Shown here: positions 23,340 through 36,661 of the stretch, one piece after another
How positions within the stretch are numbered: position 1 is the first letter of the stretch
Layout: each line of letters opens with the position of its first letter
DNA from: Eledone cirrhosa
Taxonomy: Eukaryota
NCBI GenBank assembly: GCA_964016885.1
Contig: OZ024744.1
Location: 91,636,001 to 91,700,000 of the forward strand
DNA length: 64,000 nt
Direction of reading: 5' to 3'
The notes under the pieces: model-generated
The model's input: only the letters and a program-made list of their open reading frames with translations
What the model was told of the DNA's origin: nothing
Databases searched by the model: none
Position numbers and translations under genes: made by a program

Positions 23340-26300
23340 CTATAGGCACATGGTCAGAGTAGGGCCATTCACACGAGCCATTCTCGCCACATTCACCCAC
23401 CTTTTAGCAAATGTAGTGGGGGGCAGCACTTCTCTCTCCACCCTCACCTTCCTTTCCAGGTGAAACTTGAAGAAGTTGATGAGGGATTGGCCGAAGAGAA
23501 AAGTGTCTGTCTTCAGTCCTTTTAATCTGATCCACCATATAACCTCTTTCGCAACTGCCACCAGACAGAGGAAAATTGCCTGCCCTTCCTTACCTAAGGA
23601 AGGCGGTGGGTCGATCTTCACTATGGGCTCGGCCGATAGCCTGATTCGTTCCACACGCAACAATAGCTGTTCGACATAACTCCACAAGTCAGTAATGCAC
23701 GGACATTGGACAAGTGCGTGCAGAACGGTTTCGTCGTTCTGTGCGCATCTTGGGCAGGTCCGTCTGCCAGCACTTCCGTGCTGGTAGAGTTTATCCCGAA
23801 CCGGCAGTGCCCCCCGGTAGCACTGCGAAGTGAGGGATTTCTGGAAATTGTCCATCATCTTCGGCTCAATAGTCCTCCGGTACAGACTGGTCAGTTCGAC
23901 TTCGTCGAGGCCGAAAGCTTCTCCGAGTGCGTCATCGCACTTGCCCACCACTAATCCTCTATAGAACTCGAGAGTGGAAGTTCCACTGATCGCATTGCCC
24001 GCTTGGAAGAGGGCAATGAGTGCCTGGCAACATTCCAGGTGCCAGTCACCCAGTCTCAGTCTCTTCTTGATCCAGGACTGCAGCTCAGTCAAAGAAATGA
24101 GCTGCGGAAAGGCCTGTCTGATAAACAGCGACCACACCTGTTCACCGTTGAGGCAGAATATCTGGAGATGTCGCAGCCTCAACGCATGTCTACGCATCAT
24201 TGGCCACGGCATGCCCAGCCCTCCGCGTAGAGGGTGCTGGCAGCAGATGGACCGCCTCACCAACGGAACTTGTCGCCTCCACAAGAATTTGAAGAGGAGC
24301 CGTTCCAACTTGACGAGGTGCGGACAGGGGCAAGGCACAATGGTCAGGCGGTAGTAGATGACGGACGCGATGTATGCATTCACCAACTCCGTGCGACCTT
24401 TCAGAGATAGCTTCCTCCCAGCCCATTTTTGGGTGAGACTGGCTACTCTGCTCGTTACCTCGTCCCAATTCTTTTCCACCTGGAGGTCTGGTCCGAACCA
24501 AACCCCGAGCAACTTTACCGGTCCGTCCGTCCAGCGCCCCATGACGCTGTTGGACAGCATGGGCTTGCCTCTCCAGGTTCCGAGCTGCAAGCCCACCGAC
24601 TTTTCCGGGTTAAGTTTGGCTCCTGTCAACCTTTCATATTCCTTCAATAAGGTGCCGACCACCTCGATTTCTGAGGTGTTCGACACCATCACGGTGATGT
24701 CGTCCGCATAATTCGACACCACCCTTCCACGTCCCGGTTCGAGCGGGATGCCCTGCAACAGCTCCAGCTTCCGCAGTAAAGGCTCCAGAGTCAATACGTA
24801 CAGAAGGGAAGAGAGAGGGCACCCTTGACGGACCGATCGGGAGAGCCGAAATGGTTCCGCGAGGTGGCCATTAACTTTGACGACCGAGTATGTGCCGCTG
24901 TGCATTGCAGCGATCCAGCTTCTGAAGACGGCCGAAGCCAGCCGCTTTGACGACAGCCTCCAGATACCGATGGTCGACCCTATCGAAGGCTTTCAATTGA
25001 TCTAAATTGATCAGTGCCCCACCGAAACCAGGTTTACACCCTACCCTCTCTATGATGTATCGTATGAGGTGGAGATTGTTGTGTATGGACCTGGCTGGGA
25101 TTGCGCAAGTTTGCGCCTCCCCAACCAAATCCTCGATGACAAGCGCCAATCTCTTTGCTAACACCTTGATCAAAATCTTAAACTCTGTGTTGAGCAGAGT
25201 TATGGGCCTGAAGTTGTCTAATGTATCCCTCTTGTTCTCGTCTTTCCTTATCGGCGTCACCACTCCCCTGCTCACAGAACTGGGAATACTCCCATTCTGC
25301 TTCCAGTTGCAGTAGAGTACTTCGAGGAGATTGGAGAACAAGTCTGGCATATTAACGTAAAGCTCGTACGGCAAGCCATCCAAACCGGGTGACTTGCGCC
25401 TCATGCAGCCGACAAGGGCGTCCTGAATTTCGGCTGAAGTAATCGGCCTTTCGCAGCGCTCAGCATCGACCGTCGAGATGCGCGGCAAGCCGTCAAGGTA
25501 GGGACTGAAATCCGCTACTCTCTCTGACTCGCCATTCTCCCCGAACAACCGAGCAAAGTGCTGGCGAAAGGTCTCACACATCCGCTTGGAATCGCTTATC
25601 TCGTGTCCGTCTCGGTCCGCCAAAGACCCAATTGTGGTTTTATTACCACGCTGTGCCTCCGCCACGCGGGCCCATCGAACAGCTTTGGTTCCCTCGTTTC
25701 TCAGCGCACGCGCCTTAGCTCTGACAATACAACCTTCATGTTTCGCATTGAAGAAAAGGTCTAATACCATTCTCGCCGCTAGCACGTCAGTTGCAATGCC
25801 ACTACAAATAGCCTCGTCTAACTTATCTACCAGCTCCCCCTCCTTTCTATTTTTCTCTGACGCTAGTTCTTTGCTGAACTCTATCGAAGTTACTCTAATC
25901 TCTCTTTTGAGAGCCCCCCACCATCTGTTGTTGATGATCCCCCCTGTCAACTTTTGCTTAACTAAATTGTTGACTTGGTTCCTGTAAGCCTTACATGCCG
26001 GAAATGACATGTTCAGCTTCCAGTAACCCGGTCCTAACCTACGCGTTTTATCTAGGTTGACCATACAGATCACAAATTTGTGATCTGAATAGGCAACCAT
26101 TTTAAAAAGTGGGCAGCCCACACTATTTCTATCTATTTTCCTAATGAAGATCCTGTCTATATACGATCTAGATGAACCCATTTGGTTGGTCCATGTCCAT
26201 ACTGGCTCATTGGGGAAATCTAGTCGATACCTGTCAGACAGTTGGAACTGGCTAAGTAGGTGTTGGAGGCTTTTGCACCCCCGCTCCTATCGGCTACTCC

Positions 26301-26758
26301 CACACAATCCCAGCAAGCGTCTAAGATACCATTCCAGTCCCCCGCTAACAGTAAAGGGCGAGACGTACCCAGAAAGGTCTCCCGGCGCCTAAAGAAGTCC
26401 GGTCGTCCGGCCCCTGTAGGGGCGTAGACGGCCAGCAGTCTAAAGGCACCACCTTCGCTACTGCTCACATCCAAGACCACCAACTTACCGTCCGGGTCCC
26501 GGAAGATCGACCTTACCTCGAGATCCAGTCCTTTCCTAAACAGCACTGCCCCCCCCCCCCCATTCCCGGCCTGCTAACAGATGCGAAGATCTGATAGTCG
26601 TCGAAAATGGGGGCTAATGCACGCGTATCGGAAATTCTGGTCTCGCTGACGGCAATCACATCCATTTCCAGCGACCTGGGGTTGTTGAGCAGGCGACCCT
26701 GCTTCCAGGGTGACCCCAGGACGCGAACATTTAAACTTCCTACTCTTGATATGGCCAT
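23340..26758 (-). pseudogene. Tx1 ORF2 (AP endonuclease, reverse transcriptase, C-terminal zinc finger), frameshifted
   Basis: GSLNVRV, VIAVSET, LAVYAP, AGDWN, SYIDRIF, YSDHK, SPGLDG, FRPITLLN, KAFDRVDH, VRQGCPLS, YADDIT, CPRC...H...C spread over 4 ORF pieces. Confidence 0.93.
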
Positions 26759-26996
26759 GTTGGTAAGCTAAGAGAGAGAGGGAAGGTTTACTTACCTCCC
26801 GGGGTCTTGTGAAGGTCGGGTGGTTCGACCTCCATGGTTGGTGGGGTTTCTTTTGGGAACCCCTTTAAAAGTCTCGATGTGGGTTTCACATTCGGGGTTC
26901 CCACATCTTGAGGAAAGCTCTCTCTCGAATTTCTTTGAAGGAATTGAGTGACATTCGGACCAGAAGCAAATCTACTGGCACGCAAAATGTGCTCAT

Positions 26997-28627
26997 TTAA
27001 AAAATCTCCCCCTCTGTTTGAATGTCCTCGCTTCGTGCTAAGAGGGCCATCAGTTTATCGTTGGCCCTTCTGACAAGCACAAAGTTTTTAACATTTTGTT
27101 GGTGTGGTTTTATTTGTTTTGTTGGTGATGGTTTTGGTGGTGTTGTTTCGGGTATGTCTGTGTTTGTTGCAGGTGTGGTGTCTGCAATTTCAGGTATTTG
27201 TGTGTTTATTTGTACTTGTGTTTGTTTAGGTTTTTTGCGTTTCGGGGATTGTGTGTTTTTTTGCACTTTTGGGTTTTCCTTCATCTTCGCTGCTGGAAGA
27301 GAAAGGGTCTGTGGCTGTGAGTGCCTCTGTGTCTGTGTGTGCGTTTATTGTTTTGTCTATGAGTATAATTGGAGGGGTAGGGGAGTGGGAGAGCTTTCCT
27401 CGTTTTCCCCTTGGATTGGTTTCGGTGTTGGTGGTGGTCCGGCTGTTTTTGATGTTGGTGTCCGTGTCTTTGTTGGTGTTGTTTTTGGTGGTGGGGGTGC
27501 AGCTTTCCGTGCTGACACTGGCATTAGCAACAAAGGAGGTTTGCGACTCCCTGCGTTTTTGCGCTGCGGGCAGAAGGATTGCAGATGCATTGCTTCCCCG
27601 CAGACGAAGCAGTGCGGCCTTCTTCCCTCAGTGACCAGTTGGATTGTTGTCTCGTCCTGCAGGCGGGAAAAATCCGGAATTTTGTTCATGTCCTCTGGTT
27701 TCATTTGGAGAAGAATCTCCAAATCCATTCCGGACCAGTCTTCTCTCTCTCTGTCCTTTTGATATCCAGGAGGGTAGTGTCTGTCCCCTCCTCGATTACG
27801 CATCCCAGGAGCCACCATATGTTCATTCCTGGTGGGATCCTGGGAATGCGGACCTTTACTGTCCTTTTACCCATGTAGGACGGATGCATGATAATGCGTT
27901 CCGTTCTGCAGGGGGTCACCGAGTGCTTAATAGCGAGAGCCTCGGTTTTGAACAATACCGAGATGGTACCGAACTGTTTGGCCCTTGATTTATACTCTAT
28001 GTCACTTCCGATGTACTCCAAAGCAGCCTCGACCTCTGCTTGGCTGGCAAGTTCCACTTTTCGTGTCTGCACCGAAATGTATCGAAAGAGCACCGTCCTC
28101 ATTTGCATGGCCGCTATTGCCCCGTCCGGGATGGTCAGGTTTGCCCAGGACTTCTCCCGTTTAATTAGCCTCTACGCCTGGGCCAACTGTTCGTCTTTAT
28201 CGCTAATATCAATATCAATATTCAATAAGTGCTTTGTTTTTGCTGCTGCAGCAAATGTGGTGCTTCTGATGCTCTTATTGTTGTTGTTGTCATTCTTGCT
28301 GTTGTTATTGGTGTTGTTGTTGTTTTGTTTGTTGATGCTGTTGCCACCACCATCCGTGTTTACATTGAAGCTGTCGGTGTTATTGTCGTTATTGCTCTGA
28401 GTTGTTGTTGTGGTGGTGGTGGTGGTGGTGGTGGTGATGTCGTTTTCAGATGATACTGCTGCTATCACAGAAGGTTGTGATGATAGCTTTTGAGTTTTGT
28501 CTTCACATTCAGTAGAGTGGATGACAGGCATGACTGTAGCCGTCGTAGTCATGGTGAAGTCTACAGTGGCTGCCTTTAAACTTTTGACCTGAACGTTGTT
28601 TACTGTTTCAAGGTCAAAAATTTCCAT
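26997..28627 (-). pseudogene. Tx1 ORF1 (nucleic-acid-binding protein), disrupted
   Basis: TFAAAAK motif, central domain, CFVCGEAMHLQSFC zinc knuckle, Pro/Thr-rich tail; stop at 28172 and frameshifts. Confidence 0.85.
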
Positions 28628-28848
28628 ATTTTCTTTTGGTGGGGACGCAATTTTTTGCGAAGATTTTAAAAAATAAATCTGAATATTCGGGCTTAAAGCC
28701 AGAATATTGAGAGGTATCCCTCTCTTTAAATCAAGATGTGTACCTTAAGTTTCGTTAACGACAAGAAAATACAAAAAAATGACACTTTAAAACAGCTTAA
28801 AGTTACTTTTCCCCTGCAGATTTGTACTGTCTTCACACATGTGCGTCC

Positions 28849-28885
<37 letters not shown>

Positions 28886-28886
<1 letters not shown>

Positions 28887-31644
28887 TGTCTTCTAGAGAA
28901 GCAATAGTTTCAACAAAAGAATCTCTGAAACAAAAAGTCCAAGTAAAAGCCCAACGAATTCATATATTCGAGAAGCGAAACAACTTCTACAGGCAAAATA
29001 GGTTGTTCTCATCCAATGCCAAGTCATTTTATAGAGAAGTAGGGAAGAAAAATAGAAGTTGAAAACTTCTGGAGTAAGATTTGGAGTGATGAGAAGACAT
29101 ATAATGCTAATGTAGATTGGATTAGTCGCCTGGAAAAATCCTTCACAAATTTCAGGCGTGGGAAGACATCTCTATAGTGGACTTAAGGACAGCACTCAAT
29201 AAATCTCATAAATGGAAATCTCCTGGTAGAGACAGGGTGCCAAATTTCTGGCTGTCCTCACTCCCGTGCACTCACAATATATTGGTCAAGCTGTTTAATG
29301 GAATTATGAAAGATCCAAAAAATACACCTGATTGGATAGCAAGTGGCATTACCTACCTTCTACCAAAGAACAATGAAACCAAAGATCAAAAAAACTATCG
29401 GCCCATAACCTGCTTGTCCACCACTTATAAACTATTAACCTCTATTCTCATAGAGAAAGCATACGTGTTTTTGGAGGAGAACAATCTTTTCCCCATTGAA
29501 CAAAAAGGGTGCCGACGAGGTTCATATGGTTGCAAAGATCAACTTTTGATTAATCGTATGACCCTTGAGAACTGTCAAAATAAACACAGAAATCTCAGTT
29601 CTGCATGGATCAATTATAAAAAAGCCTTTGACAGTATACCACACTCATGGATTTTGAAATCATTGGACATCTTCAAATTCTCACCTGTGATCTCAAACTT
29701 CCTGAAACACAATATGTCATTATGGAACACAAATCTCCAATTGTCTCATTCCACTGGGGTACTGTGCTAGGGAATATAAACATCAACTGTGGTATATTCC
29801 AGGGTGTCTCACTTTCACCCTTGCTTTTCTGCATAGCTTTAATACCCCTTACATCCGAGCTTAATAGAAGAGGGTATGGTTATAGAATTGACAACAAAAA
29901 AATAAGCCACCTATTTTATATGGATGATTTGAAGCTATATTGCAAAGATAATGACGAAATGGAAGGCCTTTTGCGGATAGTAAAAGCGTTTAGCGATGAC
30001 ATCAGGATGGAGTTTGGACTTGACAAGTGTGCAAAAGCCACTTTCAAGAACGGGAAGCTTGTCAACTCAGACTCAGTTGAATTGGATGCTGAAACAATCA
30101 TAAAGGAACTTGAGCAGGAACAAACCTATAAATACTTAGGGATTAATGAGGGCTCTGGCATACAGCATGCAAGTATGAAAGAGAGGATACGGAAATAATG
30201 TTATAGGAGAGTATGTACAGTTCTGAGATCAGAACTAAACGCTCGTAACAAGGTGCTAGCCATAAATTCCTTGGCAGTCCCAGTTGTCACTTATAGCTTC
30301 GGTGTGTTGAACTGGAATATGAGTGAAATCAAAAGAATCGACACCAAAGTCCGTAAGCTACTGACCTGTAATAGGATGGACCACCCAAAAACAGATGTGG
30401 ATCGTCTTTACCTTCCTAGAACTCAAGGAGGCCGTGGCCTGATCCAATTTGAACTTGCTTACAAGACCACCATCATTGGACTGGCCAAATACCTTGAAAC
30501 AACTAACGACTGTATTCTGAAACTTGTTGAAAAGCATGAGAGAAGTAAGAAGCTTCCTTCTATCTTGAAGGAGAGCAAAAAATATGCTACTGATCTCATG
30601 GTTGATACCCAGGCTGGACAGATTAAAGAAACTGTTGCAACTAGGCACATAAAATCACTGGCAAAAGCAAAAGGGCAAGGACAATTAGCATCAAATTGGG
30701 AGCAGAAACCTCTGTATGGCAAATATGTGGCAAACAAGCTGATGTTGACCAAAAGCACACCCATCAGTGGCTACGTAGTTCAGGGCTAAAGACGGAGAGT
30801 GAAGGCTTCATCTTAGCTGCCCAAGATCAAAGCTAATTGACTCGTAATTACCAGGCCAATGTGATGAGAAACGGAATAAACCCAAAGTGCTGATTCTGCA
30901 ATACTGAGGTTGAAACAGTGGATTACTTAGTCTCTGGATGTAAAGTTTTAGCACCAGTAGAATACAAATATAGACATGACAGAGTTGGCCAATGTCTACA
31001 CTGGGTAATATGTCGGCATTACAAAATCAAAGCTGGAGACAAGTGGTACAATCATCACCCTGAGGCTGTAACTGAAGGAGAAAAAGTAACAATTCTCTGG
31101 GACTTTCCTGTACATACTGACAGGACCATAAAAGCAAATAGACCTGACATCATTGTAAAAGATCAACATAATAAGGTCTGTTTGTTCATAGATATGAGCA
31201 TCCTATGTGATCACAATATCGCGACAAAATAATTTGACAAGCTACGAAAATATAAAGATCTGCTTATTGAAATTGAGAAAATGTGGCACCTCAAGGCTGT
31301 TACAATACCAGTGATTGTGGGAGGGCTGGGAATGATCAAGAAAGGAACAGAACAATATTTGCGAATGATTCCTGGTTTACCCTCTCAGCACGAGGGGCAA
31401 AAAATTGTTTTGACTGGTACTGCACACGTATTGAGAAGAGCACTATCTCTGTAAGATTGATATCCCTCCTTGTATTTACATATGCATATGCACATGTGTA
31501 TATATGTATACTGTTTTTTTTTTTATTTTTTAAAATTATAATCAATGTGCTGTATTAACTGGCTTACCAATGCACACTGAATTTATTTGCCCTAGGTGTC
31601 AGGAAGACACTCGGCATATATCTCAGAAATAATAATGAAAGAAA
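28886..31644 (+). mobile_element. 5'-truncated R4-clade (Dong-like) LINE with RT, CCHC and restriction-like endonuclease, disrupted
   Basis: WKSPGRD, NYRPITCL, EQKGCRRGSYGCKDQLLIN, GIFQGVSLSPLLF, HLFYMDDLKLY, RHDRV, ILWDFPVHTDRTIKANRPDII...IDMS; (TAA)n on both sides. Confidence 0.92.
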
Positions 31645-31659
31645 ATAATAATAATAATA

Positions 31660-32005
31660 ATAATTGTTTCTACTTTTGGCACAAGGCCAGCAAATATCCA
31701 GTACATTACTGGTACTTTATTTTATCGACCTCATAAGGATGAAAGGCAAAGTTAACCTTGGAGGGATTTGAACTCAGTCCGTAAAGGGACGTAACTCTAT
31801 GCTAGAAAGCATGGCGTCCGACCCCCTACTGATACTGCCAATAATAATAATTGTTTCTACATTTGGCACAAGACCAGCAATTATCCCAGTGTATTACTGG
31901 TACTTCATTTTATCGACCCCATAAGGATGAAAGGCTAAGTTAACCTCGGCGGGATTTGAACTCAGACCATAAAGGGCCATAACTGCCAATAATAATAATA
32001 ATAAT
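31660..32005 (-). mobile_element. Two tandem family-B SINEs
   Basis: Consensus match, separated by (aat)n. Confidence 0.85.
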
Positions 32006-32559
32006 AATGGTCCTACAGGACCACTTTACAGTGTGGGCTGGGTACTTTTTGTCATGATATGTTTTTTAAAAGGTATTCATCTACTGTTTACCCACAGTGG
32101 TTAATAATGTATACTTTCAGATTTACATGCCAAACATAATGGGTAACTCCATTGAGTTCTTTACAGAACAATGACATTGAGATATTTTAAATCTTGGTTT
32201 ATCATCATCATCATCATTTTACGCCCGCTTTTCTCTGCTTGCAAAGGGGGGATGGGTCCTATTCAACACAGCATCTCTCCATTTGTTACGGTCCTTTGTC
32301 ATCTCCTCTGTGAGCTTCAGCTATCTGAAGTCAGCTCTCAACACCTCTGCCCAAGTTTTTTGTGGTCTTCCTCTACTGCATCTTCCTCTACAAAAAAGCA
32401 CCGAGTCCAGTCCACACTGTAAAGTGGTCGTGTAGGTGTCACGGCAAAAAAGCACCCAGTTCACACTGTACAGTGGTTGTGTAAGTGTCATGACAAAAAC
32501 CACCCAGTCCACACTGTACAGGGGTCTTGTAGGTGTCACAACAAAAAAGCACTCAGTAC

Positions 32560-32780
32560 ACAAAAAACAAGATGATGTACGACAGAACAAAGGAGAGAGA
32601 CAAAACAAAAACCTAGTCACTGAGGAGGTCACAGAAATTGTGATGAAAGAGCTTTGGCAATATATAAACAACTTTCCGGTTATTGAACCAACCAACCAGA
32701 AATTTATAATAAATTAAAGTGAAAACTAACAGGTGCATGTGTTTTTATTGGCAACATGGCCCTTCCAAAGTATAACAATA
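32560..32780 (+). mobile_element. Single-arm copy of the hammerhead-bearing pLTR-like family
   Basis: Homologous to 36555-36809. Confidence 0.8.
32616..32658 (+). ncRNA. Minimal type-I hammerhead ribozyme
   Basis: gtca|CTGAGGA|g gtcaca-gaaat-tgtgat|GAAA|gagc|TT|tggc. Confidence 0.7.
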
Positions 32781-33095
32781 TATACATACATATATATATA
32801 TATATCATCATCATTTTACGTCCGCTTTTCCCTGCTTGCAAGGGTTGGACAGGTCCTATTCAGCACAGCATCTCTCCACTTGTCACGGTCCTTCGTTATA
32901 TATATATATATATGAGTTATTGAGGTGTTTGGATGATTTCAAATTTGTAATGTGGTTGGTGTTAGGAAGGGTATCCAGCTTTAGAAATCAAATCAAAATA
33001 CAGATCCATAGGAGCAGGACGTGATCTCTGGTCTTGACTTGCCTCATAATGTGACAACCCATCTGACCCATGTAAGCATGGAAAATGGATGTTAA

Positions 33096-33535
33096 CTCTT
33101 TAGCATTTACATTCATCATCATCATCATGGTTTAACGTCCATCTTCCATGCTAGCATGGGTTAGACGGGTTTGTCCCATTTAGAGGCAAGTTGAGTCAGG
33201 TGACTGTGTCTTGCTCATATATGACTGTTTCTTGCTGGTTTTCTACGGCTGGATGCCCTTCCTAATGTCAACCACATTTACAGTGCGTACTGGGTGCTTT
33301 TTGCTGTGTCTCCTACACGACCATTTTACTGTGTGTGCTGGATGTTTTGTGGTACCTATATATGTATATATATATACATATAATTATCTCACATAATATA
33401 GAATCTACGAGATTTCGATATTATTTATTTTGAGAACAATACCTTAATGGCAGTATGATCGGCGGATATGGTTGGTTTGAACAGAAAGAGGTGAGAGAAT
33501 TCTGGTCGGATATGGCCAGTTTAGATGCTAAAGGG
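33096..33535. mobile_element. piggyBac-like MITE (TTAA TSD) interrupted by an RTE/SINE tail
   Basis: TTAA|ctctttagcattta ... tagatgctaaaggg|TTAA. Confidence 0.75.
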
Positions 33536-33864
33536 TTAAACAATAATGATGATGATGATGATGATGATGATGAGGATGATGATCATAAGGATGTATCCAA
33601 ACTCAGAAAATAATTATAACAACAGTCAGTCAGTACCAGTAATGCACTGGGTTTTTGCTGGCCTTGTGCCTAAAGTAGAAACAATTATAAATAATAGCTT
33701 TAAAAAATCAAGTAAGACATCTTTAGGAAAAAGCAAAAAAAGTGTACAGGAGCCACTATTTAGAATTGAACTCAGTATCTCTTGAATACTGGCCAAGCAT
33801 ATTTGCCACTATGCAAAGTGGCGGCTGACAATAAGCTCTATCCAAATTAAGGTGCTATACATAA

Positions 33865-34025
33865 CAGCAGAAAAAGAGATGGACAGATGATATTAAGGAA
33901 TGGACAGGAAGGAGTTTGGCAGAATATACGGCAATGGCAAAAGACAGGAGAAGATGGAGAACACTGGACTATAAATCCATGACCCCTGGCCCTCAGATAT
34001 GAGGGTGAGATAAGAAGGAAGAAGG
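33865..34025 (+). mobile_element. RTE-clade extreme 3' fragment
   Basis: QKKRWTDDIKEWTGRSLAEYTAMAKDRRRWRTL. Confidence 0.7.
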
Positions 34026-34315
34026 ACACATAACAACTTGTGGCTAGACCTGGAAGTAAAGAGACTATATAATTTATCGAGGTGCTTGGTTGATGTAAAA
34101 TTTGAAATGTGGGAACCCAAATGTAGAAAATTACTATAACAATGGTTGGTCACTGTAAATAATAGCTTTTGAAAATCAAGTGAAATATTCTTTGGGATAG
34201 AAAAAAGATTACAAGCAGGTCATGGTCACCTGACCTGTCTGGCCACAACCACATGTGTCAAACTGTCTAACCCATGCAAGCGTGGACAATTGACATTAAA
34301 CAGTGATGATGATAA

Positions 34316-34508
34316 TAATTGTTTCTACTTTTGGCACAAGGCCAGCAATTATCCCAGTGCATTACTGGTACTTTATTTTATCGACCCCGTAAGGATGTAA
34401 GGCAAAGTTAACGTCGGCGGGATTTGAACTCAGATCATAAAGGGGCGTAACTCTTTGCTGCAAAGCATGGCATCCGACCTTCTACCGATACTGCCAATCC
34501 ACCGCCCT
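34316..34508 (-). mobile_element. Full-length family-B SINE
   Basis: Consensus match. Confidence 0.9.
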
Positions 34509-34576
34509 CAGTGATGATTGATGATAATAATGATGTATGTATGTACACACTCTCACACACACACACACATAACATA

Positions 34577-34642
<66 letters not shown>

Positions 34643-34644
<2 letters not shown>

Positions 34645-34876
34645 AGTTAATATAAATTAATATATTTGATAAACACAAATACCAACATATCTGTGTTTGT
34701 ATTGTAAATGACTAAGTTAGCTAGATTGAAAAATACCAATTATAATAATACAGTTTGCAGGCAAACTGTATTATTATAATTGGTATTTTTCAATCTAGCT
34801 AACTTAGTCATTTACAATACAAACACAGATATGTTGGTATTTGTGTTTATCAAATATATTAATTTATATTAACTTG
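34643..34876. repeat. Perfect palindrome, 116-bp arms, 2-nt loop
   Basis: Centre cagtttgc-ag-gcaaactg at 34751-34768. Confidence 0.9.
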
Positions 34877-35002
34877 CATTACACGGCTCAGAAATACTTC
34901 TTTCTTTGAGCTATTTCATTGTAAAGGACTGCCTGAGTTTTGAACTCATTATTAATAGTATATATGCTGGCCTTGTGCCTAAAGTAGAAACAATTATTAA
35001 TA

Positions 35003-35068
<66 letters not shown>

Positions 35069-35110
35069 CCAACAAATAGTTTATCACTCTACATGGCTGA
35101 ATACAATAAA

Positions 35111-35359
35111 TGTAACCTGAGTTTTTCGAATATTAATAATAATATTCGATTCGTTTGCAATTATGCAAACAGCCTCTTTTAAGCCATGTCAGTAGAATGA
35201 GCCCCTCATTCTTGCTCTTGTGTTGGCATGTAAACAGTTTACATGCCAATACAGGAGCAAGAATGAGGGGGTCATTCCACTGAAATGTCTTAAAAGAGGC
35301 TGTTTGCATAATTGCAAACGAATCGAATATTATTATTAGTATTCGAAACTCAGATTACA
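35111..35359. repeat. Imperfect palindrome, ~125-bp arms, 1-nt loop
   Basis: Centre gtaaac-a-gtttac at 35230-35242. Confidence 0.9.
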
Positions 35360-35361
35360 AT

Positions 35362-35412
<51 letters not shown>

Positions 35413-35415
<3 letters not shown>

Positions 35416-35701
35416 TTCAAAGTTTAAAAGCCACAACAATGCACGTTTGGACAGAGAATAATTAAATCATAAGAAACAGGACTTGTTTTTTTTACCTTAA
35501 TTTATTCATGCTATGGTATAGCAAGCCACATCGGACACTGGAATAGATCCTTTATTTTCCTTGGAGGAAGAAATATTAATCTCTAAATATCAGGACACAT
35601 GTCCCAGAATAAATTAAGATAAAAAAAACAAACCCTGTTTCTTACGATTTAATTATTCTCTGTCCAAACCTGCATTGTCATGACTTTCAAACTTCAAATT
35701 C
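35413..35701. repeat. Inverted repeat, ~95-bp arms, ~100-bp spacer
   Basis: 35413-35507 pairs with 35607-35701. Confidence 0.85.
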
Positions 35702-35743
35702 TTTATACCATATACAATACTTCAAGTAAACTACAAATTCCTT

Positions 35744-35778
<35 letters not shown>

Positions 35779-35989
35779 CGTTCTGAATTTGTTTAGCAAG
35801 ATTCTTTATCTGAAAACGTGTGTTGAAACCGACATTGTTATACTTTGGGAGGGTCATGTTGCCAATAAGAAACACACGCACCAGTTGCTTTCTCTTCAAT
35901 TTATTATAATAAATTTATAAATTTAGGAATTTATAAATTTCCGGTTGGTTGGTTGGTTGGTTCCACAACCAGATGGTTGTTTATATATT

Positions 35990-36032
35990 GTCAAAGTTCT
36001 TTCGTCACACATTCTGTGACCTCTTCAGTGAC
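35990..36032 (-). ncRNA. Minimal type-I hammerhead ribozyme (mirror of 36619-36661)
   Basis: Reverse complement of 36619-36661. Confidence 0.72.
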
Positions 36033-36618
36033 TGGGGATTCTTTTCTTTGTTTTTTGTGCCTCTCCTTTGTTCTGTCCTACGCCATCTTGTTTTTGTTGT
36101 GTGCTTAGTTTGCGCATGTGTTACATCCGGGTGTCTGTGTGTGTTTATATTCGTTTATTTATTTGTTTATTTACATGTTACTGGTTGGCTGTTTGTTCTA
36201 TGTGTGTGTGTTTTCATTTTGTCGTTAATTGTAAGTTGTGATGTTGCTATTCCATTCATGTTTTCTATTTAATTTTGGTTGGAGTTCATTTATGTTTATT
36301 GCCTCTTTTAAGACGCAATGTTTAGACAAATCACAGAGGCAATAAACATAAAAGAATTACAACCAAAATTAAATAGAAAACATGAGTGGAACAGCAACAT
36401 CACAACTTACAATTAAGGACAAAATGAAAATACACACGCACATAGAACAATCAACCAACCAGTAACATGTAAATAAACAAATAAATAAACGAATATAAAC
36501 ACACACAGACACCCGGATGTAACACATGCGCAAACTAAGCACACAACACGCACACAAAAACAAGATGGCATAGGACAGAACAAAGGAGAGGCACAAAAAA
36601 CAAAGAAAAGAATCCCCA

Positions 36619-36661
36619 GTCACTGAAGAGGTCACAGAATGTGTGACGAAAGAACTTTGAC
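36619..36661 (+). ncRNA. Minimal type-I hammerhead ribozyme
   Basis: gtca|CTGAAGA|g gtcaca-gaatg-tgtgac|GAAA|gaac|TT|tgac. Confidence 0.72.

Larger units (their letters stand above)
23069..28848 (-). mobile_element. Full-length (~5.8 kb) Tx1-clade (L1 group) LINE, family 1, flanked by (AAT)n
   Basis: 5'UTR, ORF1 with CCHC knuckle, ORF2 APE-RT-zinc finger, poly(A) signal; (aat)n at 23050-23068 and 28849-28885. Confidence 0.95.

Noticed and set aside
27022-28400. Plus-strand ORFs of 246 and 170 aa
   Set aside because: Antisense shadows of Tx1 ORF1
35508-35606. Possible hammerhead in the inverted-repeat spacer (minus strand ccgatgt...tgaata)
   Set aside because: Several core mismatches and no convincing helix I
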